From the NCBI GenBank assembly GCA_028713935.1, contig JAQTNI010000021.1, forward strand, positions 1 through 21,272: a stretch of 21,272 nucleotides of DNA, given 5' to 3'. Positions 6,707 to 13,769 of the stretch are shown here, piece by piece. Every line of letters starts with the position of its first letter. Position 1 is the stretch's first letter. Below the pieces are notes generated by a model that was not told where the DNA came from, made no database searches, and saw only the letters and a list, made by a program, of their open reading frames with translations. Made by a program: the position numbers and the translations under genes. Origin of the DNA: Candidatus Iainarchaeum sp. Lineage in GTDB: Archaea > Iainarchaeota > Iainarchaeia > Iainarchaeales > GCA-2688035.

Positions 6707-7786
6707 ATGCCTGAAATTGACGCCTGGGGCAATGAAGCCATTACTGATTATGAGCATGTTTTCAGGGAATTCGGATTAAAAAAATTTCCCGAAAGCCTTG
6801 CAAAAAGCCTTGGGCAGAGGCTTTTTGAAAGAAACATTGTGATTGCACACAGGGACTTTGAAAAAATAGCAGAGTGCATTGCACGAAAAAAACCATTCAT
6901 AAACCTTACAGGAATAGCTGCTTCAGGCCCTTACCACCTTGGGCACAAGATTGACATTGACCTGTTCAGGTTTTTCAAGGAAAAAGGCGCAAAAAACCTT
7001 TTTGCAGTATGCGACCTTGATGGTTATTGCAGCAGGCAAAAAATCCCAACCTTGCAGGAAGCAAAAAAAATTGCAGTGGAAAACATTGCAGATGCCCTTG
7101 CGCTTGGCCTTGAAGCAGAGGACATTTATGTCCAGAGCAGGAAGCCAGCTTCCTATTATTCGCTTGCCTTTGAATTAAGCAAAAAAATAACTTCTTCCAC
7201 AAACAATGCAATTTACGGAGAAATTGACCTTGGAAAAATTTCCGCAAACTTACTGCAATATGCGGACATTTTGCATGGCCAATTGCCTGAATTTTTTGGA
7301 AAAATGCCGTCAATTACTGGAATTGGGCTTGACCAGGACCCCCATGCAAGAGCAGTAAGGGACATTGTGAAAAGGCTGCCTTACGGCATGGAAACCCCTT
7401 CTTTTGTTTATTTCAGGCATCAAAGAGGGCTGATGCAGGATTCAAAAATGTCTTCAAGCAATCCTGATACAGCTATTTTTTTGCAGGACTCACAAAAGGA
7501 AATTGAAAGAAAAATCCAGAAAGCATTCACAGGCGGAAGAAACACTCTTGAAGAGCACAGGAGACTTGGCGGAGTCCTTGAAGTCGACAAGGTTTACGAA
7601 TTGTTATTGTTCCACTATCCAAACTCAAGGGAACTGGAAAAAATTGCGGAAGAATTTAAAAGTGGAAAACTCCTGTCAAAAGAAATGAAACAGATTGCAA
7701 TTGAATTTTTCCAGGGCTTCCTGAAAGAACACCAGAAAAAAGCAAAAGAATTTTTGCCAACAGCAAAAAAAATTGTTTTTGGGTAA
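6707..7786 (+). CDS. trpS: tryptophan--tRNA ligase, archaeal/eukaryotic type
   Basis: Class I motifs GPYHLGH (HIGH-like) and KMSSS (KMSKS-like). The N-terminal DAWGNEAITDYEHVFREFG and the later TGGRNTLEEHRRLGG are typical of archaeal TrpRS rather than TyrRS. Confidence 0.85.
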   Translation: MPEIDAWGNEAITDYEHVFREFGLKKFPESLAKSLGQRLFERNIVIAHRDFEKIAECIARKKPFINLTGIAASGPYHLGHKIDIDLFRFFKEKGAKNLFAVCDLDGYCSRQKIPTLQEAKKIAVENIADALALGLEAEDIYVQSRKPASYYSLAFELSKKITSSTNNAIYGEIDLGKISANLLQYADILHGQLPEFFGKMPSITGIGLDQDPHARAVRDIVKRLPYGMETPSFVYFRHQRGLMQDSKMSSSNPDTAIFLQDSQKEIERKIQKAFTGGRNTLEEHRRLGGVLEVDKVYELLLFHYPNSRELEKIAEEFKSGKLLSKEMKQIAIEFFQGFLKEHQKKAKEFLPTAKKIVFG

Positions 7787-7795
7787 GCTATTCAA

Positions 7796-8473
7796 TCAAT
7801 TTTTTGGCCGTTTGATAATCAATTCAAGTTCTGGAGATTCTTGTTTCATGTTGGAAACAACTTTTTGGGCTACAGAATCGGGTTTCATATATTCAAGGTA
7901 GTCGGCTGGCGGGTGTTCATCGTACAGATGGGTTTGCATGCCACCAGGATATACGTTAATCACTTGGATATGGTGCGGTTGTGCTTCCAATCGCAGCGAT
8001 TTGGAGAATCCAGCAATTGCAAACTTGCTAGCGCAATACGATGACAAGTTAGCGCGTCCGTCTAATGCAGCAGTCGACAAGATATTGATGATTGTTCCGA
8101 ATTGCTGTTTTTTCATCTGAAGCAAAGCGGCTTTTGCGCCATACATGGTTCCAAAAAGATTAACTTCAAACATATCATGTACACGTTTGAAATCCAATTC
8201 TTCGACGCTTTTTTGGGGAATCTGGATGCCAGCGTTATTTATCCAAATATCAATTTTTCCGAATCGTTTGACTGTTTTTTCCGCCAGTTCCAATACAGCA
8301 GATTCCTTGCGGACATCAGCTCGGATGAAAATCCCAACAGCTTCTTTTGATTCCATTGCTGAATTGGAACTGGTCACAACTTTTGCACCTGCTTTCAAAA
8401 ATTCTCCTGCCAAGGCTTTTCCAAATCCGCGGCTGGAACCAGTTATAACCACAATTGCACCATCAAGCTTCAT
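7796..8473 (-). CDS. short-chain dehydrogenase/reductase (classical SDR)
   Basis: TGSSRGFG (TGxxxGxG), NNAG and the YCASK (YxxxK) active site. Confidence 0.9.
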   Translation of the reverse strand: MKLDGAIVVITGSSRGFGKALAGEFLKAGAKVVTSSNSAMESKEAVGIFIRADVRKESAVLELAEKTVKRFGKIDIWINNAGIQIPQKSVEELDFKRVHDMFEVNLFGTMYGAKAALLQMKKQQFGTIINILSTAALDGRANLSSYCASKFAIAGFSKSLRLEAQPHHIQVINVYPGGMQTHLYDEHPPADYLEYMKPDSVAQKVVSNMKQESPELELIIKRPKN

Positions 8474-8487
8474 ATTCGCCCTCTTTT

Positions 8488-8973
8488 TTATTTTCTTGAA
8501 AAAAATGCCCCTCTTGAATCGGATTGTTCTTTTTTGGTTTCCTTTTCTTTTCTTGGAAGCTCTATTTCAATTATTTCCGCTTCAGATTCAGAACGGATTT
8601 GCTCCACGAGTTCCCTGTAAAACTGGTTGTCCTGTTTCACCAAAAAAACAGTGCCAATTTTTTTTAAGTGGATTGTCTGCAGGATTTTTCTTTCAGTATT
8701 GCCCCATTCCTCTATGTCAAAGCATTTTTTCCTGCGCCGCACAAAAAATTTTCTAATAAGCTGCATCAGGACATTTCCGGCCGCAATATCTGAAGCCGCA
8801 AAGCCAAACATTCCAGGCATAAAACCAGTGTCAATCACAAGCAGCAGGAAAATTTCTTCGGCTTCTTTTGGAATCTGCTCCAGAAAACCAGTGTTGCCTT
8901 CCTGCTTGGAAAGAATCGGCATAAGAATGCGCTTTTTTTCGCTTTCAGGCATTGCAACACCAAAAAAATTCAT
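8488..8973 (-). CDS. hypothetical protein, weakly universal-stress-protein (adenine-nucleotide alpha-hydrolase)-like
   Basis: 161 aa. KRILMPI...IFLLLVIDT...GTVFLVKQD alternates beta-strand-like segments as in USP folds. No ATP-binding G-x2-G-x9-G(S/T) motif was seen. ATGA overlap with the upstream gene. Confidence 0.55.
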   Translation of the reverse strand: MNFFGVAMPESEKKRILMPILSKQEGNTGFLEQIPKEAEEIFLLLVIDTGFMPGMFGFAASDIAAGNVLMQLIRKFFVRRRKKCFDIEEWGNTERKILQTIHLKKIGTVFLVKQDNQFYRELVEQIRSESEAEIIEIELPRKEKETKKEQSDSRGAFFSRK

Positions 8974-9740
8974 TTGACATAAGAATACTGACCTTTTTTC
9001 TTTTCAATTATTTCGCCGTCCTCTTTGAGGAATTCACAGGTTATTCTTGCCAAAATTGCGCTTACAGACGCTTTTTTTGCAATCTCTTCAATTGGAATGG
9101 TCTTGTTTGCCTTTATGATTTCAAGAACTGGCTGTGAATATCTCTGAAGCAAGGAAGTTTCAATTATGTAATAATTCCCGTCAAAGCTTTTTATTCCGGA
9201 AATCTGGCCGCTTTTAATCGAGTCTTTTAATTCATAAGAAAGCAATTCCGCTTTTTTCCTGTCAGAACAGACAAGCAAGCCGTCTTTTTCAAGGCAATAA
9301 TCAGCGGCAGGCTTGTTTTCAGAAAAGGCCTTTTCAGATTCTTTTTTTTTTGGCGGGGCGATTTTATAAACAGGCTTTTTGTATTTGTCGCTCAGCTTGA
9401 AGGCAAACACTTTCCCCTCTTTTAACATTTCCCTGAATTGCTCTGCTTCTTTCTGCGAAAGAAGCTTTTCAAATTTTCCTTCAACGCGCTCAGACAATTT
9501 TTTTTCCTCAAGCAAGGACAAAATTTTTTCTTCAAGCGCAATTTTGTCAGGCCCCTGCTTTGTAGTTTCGGGCGATTTTGCGGGAGGGAAGGAAAATTCT
9601 TTTTCGGAAATTACAATTACTCCCTGCCTGATTTTTGTCAATTCAAAATCAGATTCAGGGCTTATGCCAAAGTCTTTCAATTGTTCCTGTGAAAGAATTT
9701 TTGCAATTTCTTTTCCCTTAATGAGAGCCATCCTTACCAT
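8970..9740 (-). CDS. hypothetical protein with probable C-terminal winged-helix domain
   Basis: 256 aa. The C-terminus IPIEEIAKKASVSAILARITCEFLKEDGEIIEKKKGQYSYV looks wHTH-like. Its stop overlaps the next start (ATGA at 8970-8973). Confidence 0.6.
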   Translation of the reverse strand: MVRMALIKGKEIAKILSQEQLKDFGISPESDFELTKIRQGVIVISEKEFSFPPAKSPETTKQGPDKIALEEKILSLLEEKKLSERVEGKFEKLLSQKEAEQFREMLKEGKVFAFKLSDKYKKPVYKIAPPKKKESEKAFSENKPAADYCLEKDGLLVCSDRKKAELLSYELKDSIKSGQISGIKSFDGNYYIIETSLLQRYSQPVLEIIKANKTIPIEEIAKKASVSAILARITCEFLKEDGEIIEKKKGQYSYVK

Positions 9741-9776
9741 TAAGAAATTGGCACAAAAAACATTATAAGGCTAATC

Positions 9777-10088
9777 AAAAGGCTTACTTTTGGGTTTTCC
9801 CACGTTGTAAAAGCTCATTACAAAAGCTGTGCTTTTGTGATGCCTCAAAAACCTTTCAGGTTTTTAAGGTTGCTTTTACGACGCGTCGCAAACCACAAGG
9901 TTTGCAACGAGGCTTTCGAAAGCGAATACTGCGAAGCATTTTTCCCGAAGCTTTTTGCAAGAGCAAAAAGGCTCAATGAGCGCTTCGAAAGGCTTTTTGC
10001 GAAGCATTTTTTCGCAAGCCTTTTGGAAGCGAGGATAACCGAGCGCTCCGAAAAGGCTTATTTGCGTTTTTGCTTTTCAGCGAAAAGC
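9777..10088. repeat. palindrome-dense degenerate tandem-repeat region (non-coding)
   Basis: At least 8 short hairpins or palindromes: 9816-9842, 9847-9865, 9879-9888, 9888-9905, 9912-9923, 9951-9970, 9989-10022, 10072-10088. Imperfect direct repeats: tgcgaagcattttt at 9930 and 9998; gagcgctYcgaaa(a)ggctt at 9978 and 10041. aaaaggctta occurs at both ends (9777, 10051). Confidence 0.7.
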
Positions 10089-10720
10089 GCATAGGAATAG
10101 AAAAAAGGCACAAAAACGAGTATTAGGATTTCTGCCAGCACTATCAAAAAAATGTATTTTTCAAGGCTTTTGAAAAAAAACGCGAAAAGCCAGGTTATTA
10201 TGATTAAAACTGCAAGGAGCTTGAAAAGTTTTGCGCCAAGCTCATGGGTTTTTTTCCAGTTTTCGTCATCGCTCAGGCTCCAGGGAGTCCTAATGCCTAC
10301 AAACCAGTTTCTTTTTGTTTTCCCAAGCACTAAGCCGATTACATAAAAAAGCACTGCAAGAGCAAATGTAAACCCGAGGCCAATGTTCACTGCATAGCCA
10401 AGGTTTACAAGGATTGTCAGTACAAAAATATAGAACATGAAGCAGACAAAGAAAAATACCAGCAAATCGTATTCTTTCTGGAATGCCTCATAATTTTTTT
10501 TGAACGGGTCTGTTTTTGGCAAAAAAACCAGTAACAAAAAAATTGCTATTGTCAGGCAAATGAAAAAAACAAAAAACAGGTTTTTTTCCATAAAGCCATT
10601 TGGATTGTTTTCAAGGCCCCAATGTGAAATAAGGGTTTCCGGCAGGAGATTGTAAACATAAGCTGAAAAAGCCAGCATTAAAACCAATACTGCAATTGCA
10701 GCCCAAAGAAGTTTTTTCAT
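10058..10720 (-). CDS. SdpI/YhfL-family integral membrane protein (DUF1648 plus SdpI domains)
   Basis: Multiple TM helices. N-terminal LPETLISHWGLENNPNGF is DUF1648-like. KRNWFVGIRTPWSLSDDENWKKTHELGAKLF is the SdpI-family signature. Confidence 0.75.
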   Translation of the reverse strand: MKKLLWAAIAVLVLMLAFSAYVYNLLPETLISHWGLENNPNGFMEKNLFFVFFICLTIAIFLLLVFLPKTDPFKKNYEAFQKEYDLLVFFFVCFMFYIFVLTILVNLGYAVNIGLGFTFALAVLFYVIGLVLGKTKRNWFVGIRTPWSLSDDENWKKTHELGAKLFKLLAVLIIITWLFAFFFKSLEKYIFLIVLAEILILVFVPFFYSYALFAEKQKRK

Positions 10721-10741
10721 ATCAATTCCTAATCCAAAATT

Positions 10742-11422
10742 TTACTTTATGGTAAGCACTCTTAGCCCGTTTTCTGTTATTTCAACCGGGTGGAGTTCTT
10801 CTGAATGTTTTGTTCCGCGCATTTTTATTACTGAAAGCACTCTCTGGTAATTCACTGTTTTTCTCTGCCTTCCCATGAGGATAAGGCCGTCAAACAAAAA
10901 GTCTTCAGGATTAAAGGAAATCCTGTCAAAATCAGTCATTCTTTTTTCACCGGTTGCAAGCAAAGTAGTGCCCTGCTTGTTTATTTCCTCTAACATTGAC
11001 AATAGCTTGAACCTGAAATCACGGGTGTCAGAAGCAAGCAATTCAAAAGGGCTGATTGAATCAAGGACAACTCTTTTCGGCTTTTTTGATTTTATCTCAT
11101 TCATTATGGAATCCGGAATCATTTCGGCGCCCTTTGAAATATTCACTTTTCTGATTGAAATCAGGCCGCTTTTTTCATACTGTTCAAGAGGCATGTTGAG
11201 TGCAAAGGCAAGCTCTCGGATTTTTTCAACGCTTTGCTCTGAACTGATAAAAATTCCCGGTTCCTTATAGTCTTTTGCCCCGTAATAAATGAATTCCAAT
11301 GCAAAAATTGTTTTTCCTGCGCCTGGCTCCCCGCTTACCAAAACAGAGGAATTTGAAATAAAACCCTTTTTGTCAAAAACAGTGTCAAGCCCGGGAATAC
11401 CGGTTTTAACAATTCCAGCCAT
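10742..11422 (-). CDS. single-domain KaiC-like / RecA-superfamily ATPase
   Basis: GIPGLDTVF...VLVSGEPGAGKTIFALEF (Walker A) and VVLDSISP (Walker B-like). The ATG at 11422 has GGGGG 7 nt upstream. The track ORF starts at a TTG at 11440. Confidence 0.85.
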   Translation of the reverse strand: MAGIVKTGIPGLDTVFDKKGFISNSSVLVSGEPGAGKTIFALEFIYYGAKDYKEPGIFISSEQSVEKIRELAFALNMPLEQYEKSGLISIRKVNISKGAEMIPDSIMNEIKSKKPKRVVLDSISPFELLASDTRDFRFKLLSMLEEINKQGTTLLATGEKRMTDFDRISFNPEDFLFDGLILMGRQRKTVNYQRVLSVIKMRGTKHSEELHPVEITENGLRVLTIK

Positions 11423-11483
11423 AAAAAAACCCCCAAACAACCCTAAAAATCTGGATTAATAATGGGTTCTTGAATTTAAAAAC

Positions 11484-12122
11484 TTATTTTTTGGACCTGG
11501 ATTTTTGCTTTTTTTTAAACACCAAAAAAGAGTACATTGCTTTTTTTTCGCTTACTCTTTTTCCAAGCAAGCCGTTAAGGTGCCTGCTCGGTGTGTGCAC
11601 AAAAATTTTTTTTTCAAGAATCCAGCCAGGCATTTCGGATTCAATGTCTTTTGATTCAAGCCTGTGCAGATGCCCCCTTGTCGGCATTGGCGCGAATTTT
11701 GAAAAGTTTCTCCAGAAAAGGCTTTTTTCAAGGGGAATTGTAACAACAATTTTTTTCCTGCAGATTCTTTTCAATTCTGCAAGGCCTTTTTTCCAGCTTG
11801 GCAGGTGCTCCAAAACTTCGGAACACAGGACAAAATCAAAGCTGTTGGAAGCAAAAGGGGTTTCTTCTGCGCTTGCATTCACAAGCTCAAATCTTTTGGA
11901 ATCAGTAATTTGCCCAAGTTTCTTAAAGTCAAAATCAAGGCCGAAAACATTAGGGGTTTTTTCAAAGGCCTTTTTCAGGTAATGGCCCTGGGCACAGCCA
12001 ATGTCCGCAAAAAAATCTTTTTTTGAAAGTGATTCAATTTCCTTTAAAATCAGGTGCTCGCGCGCTTTGCTGCCAAGCAGGCGCCCGCGCAAAGAACTGT
12101 AATAAAATTTCTGCTCGTTCAA
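11484..12122 (-). CDS. class I SAM-dependent methyltransferase (Methyltransf_11-like)
   Basis: Motif I is DIGCAQGHY; FDFVLCSEVLEHL is also present. The TTG start directly abuts the vapC stop (TAATTG). The C-terminal tail is basic. Confidence 0.85.
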   Translation of the reverse strand: MNEQKFYYSSLRGRLLGSKAREHLILKEIESLSKKDFFADIGCAQGHYLKKAFEKTPNVFGLDFDFKKLGQITDSKRFELVNASAEETPFASNSFDFVLCSEVLEHLPSWKKGLAELKRICRKKIVVTIPLEKSLFWRNFSKFAPMPTRGHLHRLESKDIESEMPGWILEKKIFVHTPSRHLNGLLGKRVSEKKAMYSFLVFKKKQKSRSKK

Positions 12123-12524
12123 TTAATCGCCAATAAATTCAACATTATCCAGGCCCTTAAAATGCCTGTCGCCTGTTAGCACTAACGCACTCGCATTTAA
12201 CGCCGTTGCCAGGATAACCGCGTCAATTAATCCAAACTTTGAGCGATGATTTTTTCTCATTTCTGTTTTGAGTTTTCCAGCCCTAATTGCAATATCTGCA
12301 GTAATATCTACAATTGTGGTGCGGGCAACAATGAATGCCAATTCTTTCTCCCAAGAAGAATTTTTCTCCCTTGAATAAATATTTGAGAGTTCTGCCAAAA
12401 CAATAACCGGTGTTATGCAATTCCCTGTTTTAATTATTTCCCCTGCTTTGCCGCCTTTTTGGCTCCCCTTAAAATATTCTATCCAGGCGAAAGTATCTAT
12501 TACAAATTTAGAGTTCGCGGTCAT
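12123..12524 (-). CDS. vapC: PIN-domain ribonuclease toxin VapC
   Basis: FVIDTFAWIEY (Asp), VLAEL (Glu), GLIDAVILATA (Asp), LVLTGDRHF (Asp). Overlaps the upstream antitoxin ORF by 17 nt. Confidence 0.9.
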   Translation of the reverse strand: MTANSKFVIDTFAWIEYFKGSQKGGKAGEIIKTGNCITPVIVLAELSNIYSREKNSSWEKELAFIVARTTIVDITADIAIRAGKLKTEMRKNHRSKFGLIDAVILATALNASALVLTGDRHFKGLDNVEFIGD

Positions 12525-12702
12525 CTTCTTCTCTCACGAAGGTTTTCAAATCAGGCCTGCACCCGAAAAGGCTGTCGGGAATTTTTTCGTTTTTCCTTAT
12601 CAGCGCCAGTATTGTCTCGTTATGGGATTTGGTCTTCATTTTTTGCTTCATAAGCTCAAGCGCCTGCACAGTGGTTTTTTCAACCTGAATCGTGGTCTGC
12701 AA
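12508..12702 (-). CDS. vapB: VapB-type antitoxin (archaeal small antitoxin)
   Basis: 64 aa. TIQVEKTTVQALELMKQK...HNETILALI resembles the archaeal VapB/DUF217-type N-terminus and the C-terminus is acidic. TTG start; no in-frame ATG is available upstream. Confidence 0.7.
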   Translation of the reverse strand: MQTTIQVEKTTVQALELMKQKMKTKSHNETILALIRKNEKIPDSLFGCRPDLKTFVREEDDREL

Positions 12703-12712
12703 ATAATCACCA

Positions 12713-12734
12713 TATAACTATAGCCATAGTTATA
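12713..12734. promoter_or_regulatory. perfect 9-bp inverted repeat (tataactat-agcc-atagttata) upstream of vapB; candidate VapB(C) operator overlapping the promoter
   Basis: Perfect palindrome located 11-32 nt upstream of the vapB start, in a 44-bp intergenic gap. An A/T-rich TATA-like tttttaattataa on the minus strand overlaps it. Confidence 0.45.
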
Positions 12735-12746
12735 ATTAAAAACCTT

Positions 12747-13673
12747 TTATTTTTGCATGCCTTTTATGTAATTGTATGCCTCAAGGGCTGCTTTTGCGCC
12801 TTCGGCTGCTGCCCAGACTGCCTGTGCAAGCCCGCCAGTAATGTCTCCTGCCGCAAAAAAGCCTTCAATGCTGCCCATCATGTTCGCATTCACTTTTACA
12901 AAGCCTTTTTCATCAATCCTTGCGCCTAATTGTTTTGCCAGGCCGTTTCTGGGAGAAAGCCCGGCATAAATAAAAATCCCGTCAAGAAGGATTTTTTTTT
13001 CGGAATTTGTTTTCCTGTCCTTTGCTCTTATTGCCTCAACTTTTTCTTTGCCAATGACTTCAAGAAGCTGGGTGTTTTTCAGAATTTCAAGATTTTTTTG
13101 TTTTGCAAGCAATGGCAGATAAATTTCATCACAATTGAGTTCTGGCATAAATTCAACCAGGAATGCCTTTGAAGCCATTTCGGAAAGATAAAGCGCATTT
13201 GTCACTCCCGAATTTCCCCCGCCTATTACTGCAATTTTTTTGCCCCTGAAAAAAGGGCCGTCGCAGTTTGCGCAATAGGAAACTCCTTTTCCATAAAACT
13301 CTTTTTCGCCTGGCAGGCCGAGCTTCCTGTTTTCAGTGCCGGTTGCAAGCAAAACAGTTTTTGCAGCAAACTTCTGCCTGTTTTCAAGCTCCAATTCAAA
13401 TTCCTTTCCTGTTTTTTTGATTTTTGCAACGCCATTGCCTTCTTCAATTTCTAAGCCAAAAGAAGCGAGGTGTTCCTGCATTTTTTGCGCCAATTCCTGG
13501 CCAGTAAGCTTTGCAAAGCCGGGATAATTTTCCACAAAAACAGCTTTTGCAGCCTGGCCTCCAACAGCTTCTGATTCAAAAATCCTTGTCGAAAGGCCCC
13601 TGCGCAAGGCATAAATTGCAGCGGCAATTCCTGCAGGGCCGCTTCCAATAATTGCCAAATCAATTTTTTCCAT
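12747..13673 (-). CDS. trxB: thioredoxin-disulfide reductase
   Basis: IIGSGPAGIAAAIYA (FAD), redox-active CANCDG, GGGNSG (NADPH) and FAAGDI. Confidence 0.92.
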   Translation of the reverse strand: MEKIDLAIIGSGPAGIAAAIYALRRGLSTRIFESEAVGGQAAKAVFVENYPGFAKLTGQELAQKMQEHLASFGLEIEEGNGVAKIKKTGKEFELELENRQKFAAKTVLLATGTENRKLGLPGEKEFYGKGVSYCANCDGPFFRGKKIAVIGGGNSGVTNALYLSEMASKAFLVEFMPELNCDEIYLPLLAKQKNLEILKNTQLLEVIGKEKVEAIRAKDRKTNSEKKILLDGIFIYAGLSPRNGLAKQLGARIDEKGFVKVNANMMGSIEGFFAAGDITGGLAQAVWAAAEGAKAALEAYNYIKGMQK

Positions 13674-13769
13674 AAAAAAACACCAAAATGAACAGTAATA
13701 AATAAAGATAGTGTTTTTTTAAAAAGAAACCTTTTTATTAAAGGTAAACCAATTAGATATCTGGTTAAA

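Noticed and set aside
8145-8756. 203-aa plus-strand ORF
   Set aside because: It runs antisense across the SDR gene and the adjacent 161-aa gene. It has no motifs and is a typical shadow ORF of an AT-rich coding strand.
9777-10088. Possible CRISPR array
   Set aside because: The repeats are degenerate and internally palindromic, and they are contiguous or overlapping with no unique spacers of regular length. No cas genes are present.
9837-10094. 85-aa plus-strand ORF (GTG start) across the palindrome-rich spacer
   Set aside because: Its repetitive F/R/E/A/K-rich sequence mirrors the underlying DNA palindromes and repeats. It has no SD and would overlap the 3' end of the convergent membrane-protein gene. 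A non-coding repeat explains it better.
11470-11982. 170-aa plus-strand ORF
   Set aside because: It runs antisense to the methyltransferase, which has clear SAM-binding motifs.
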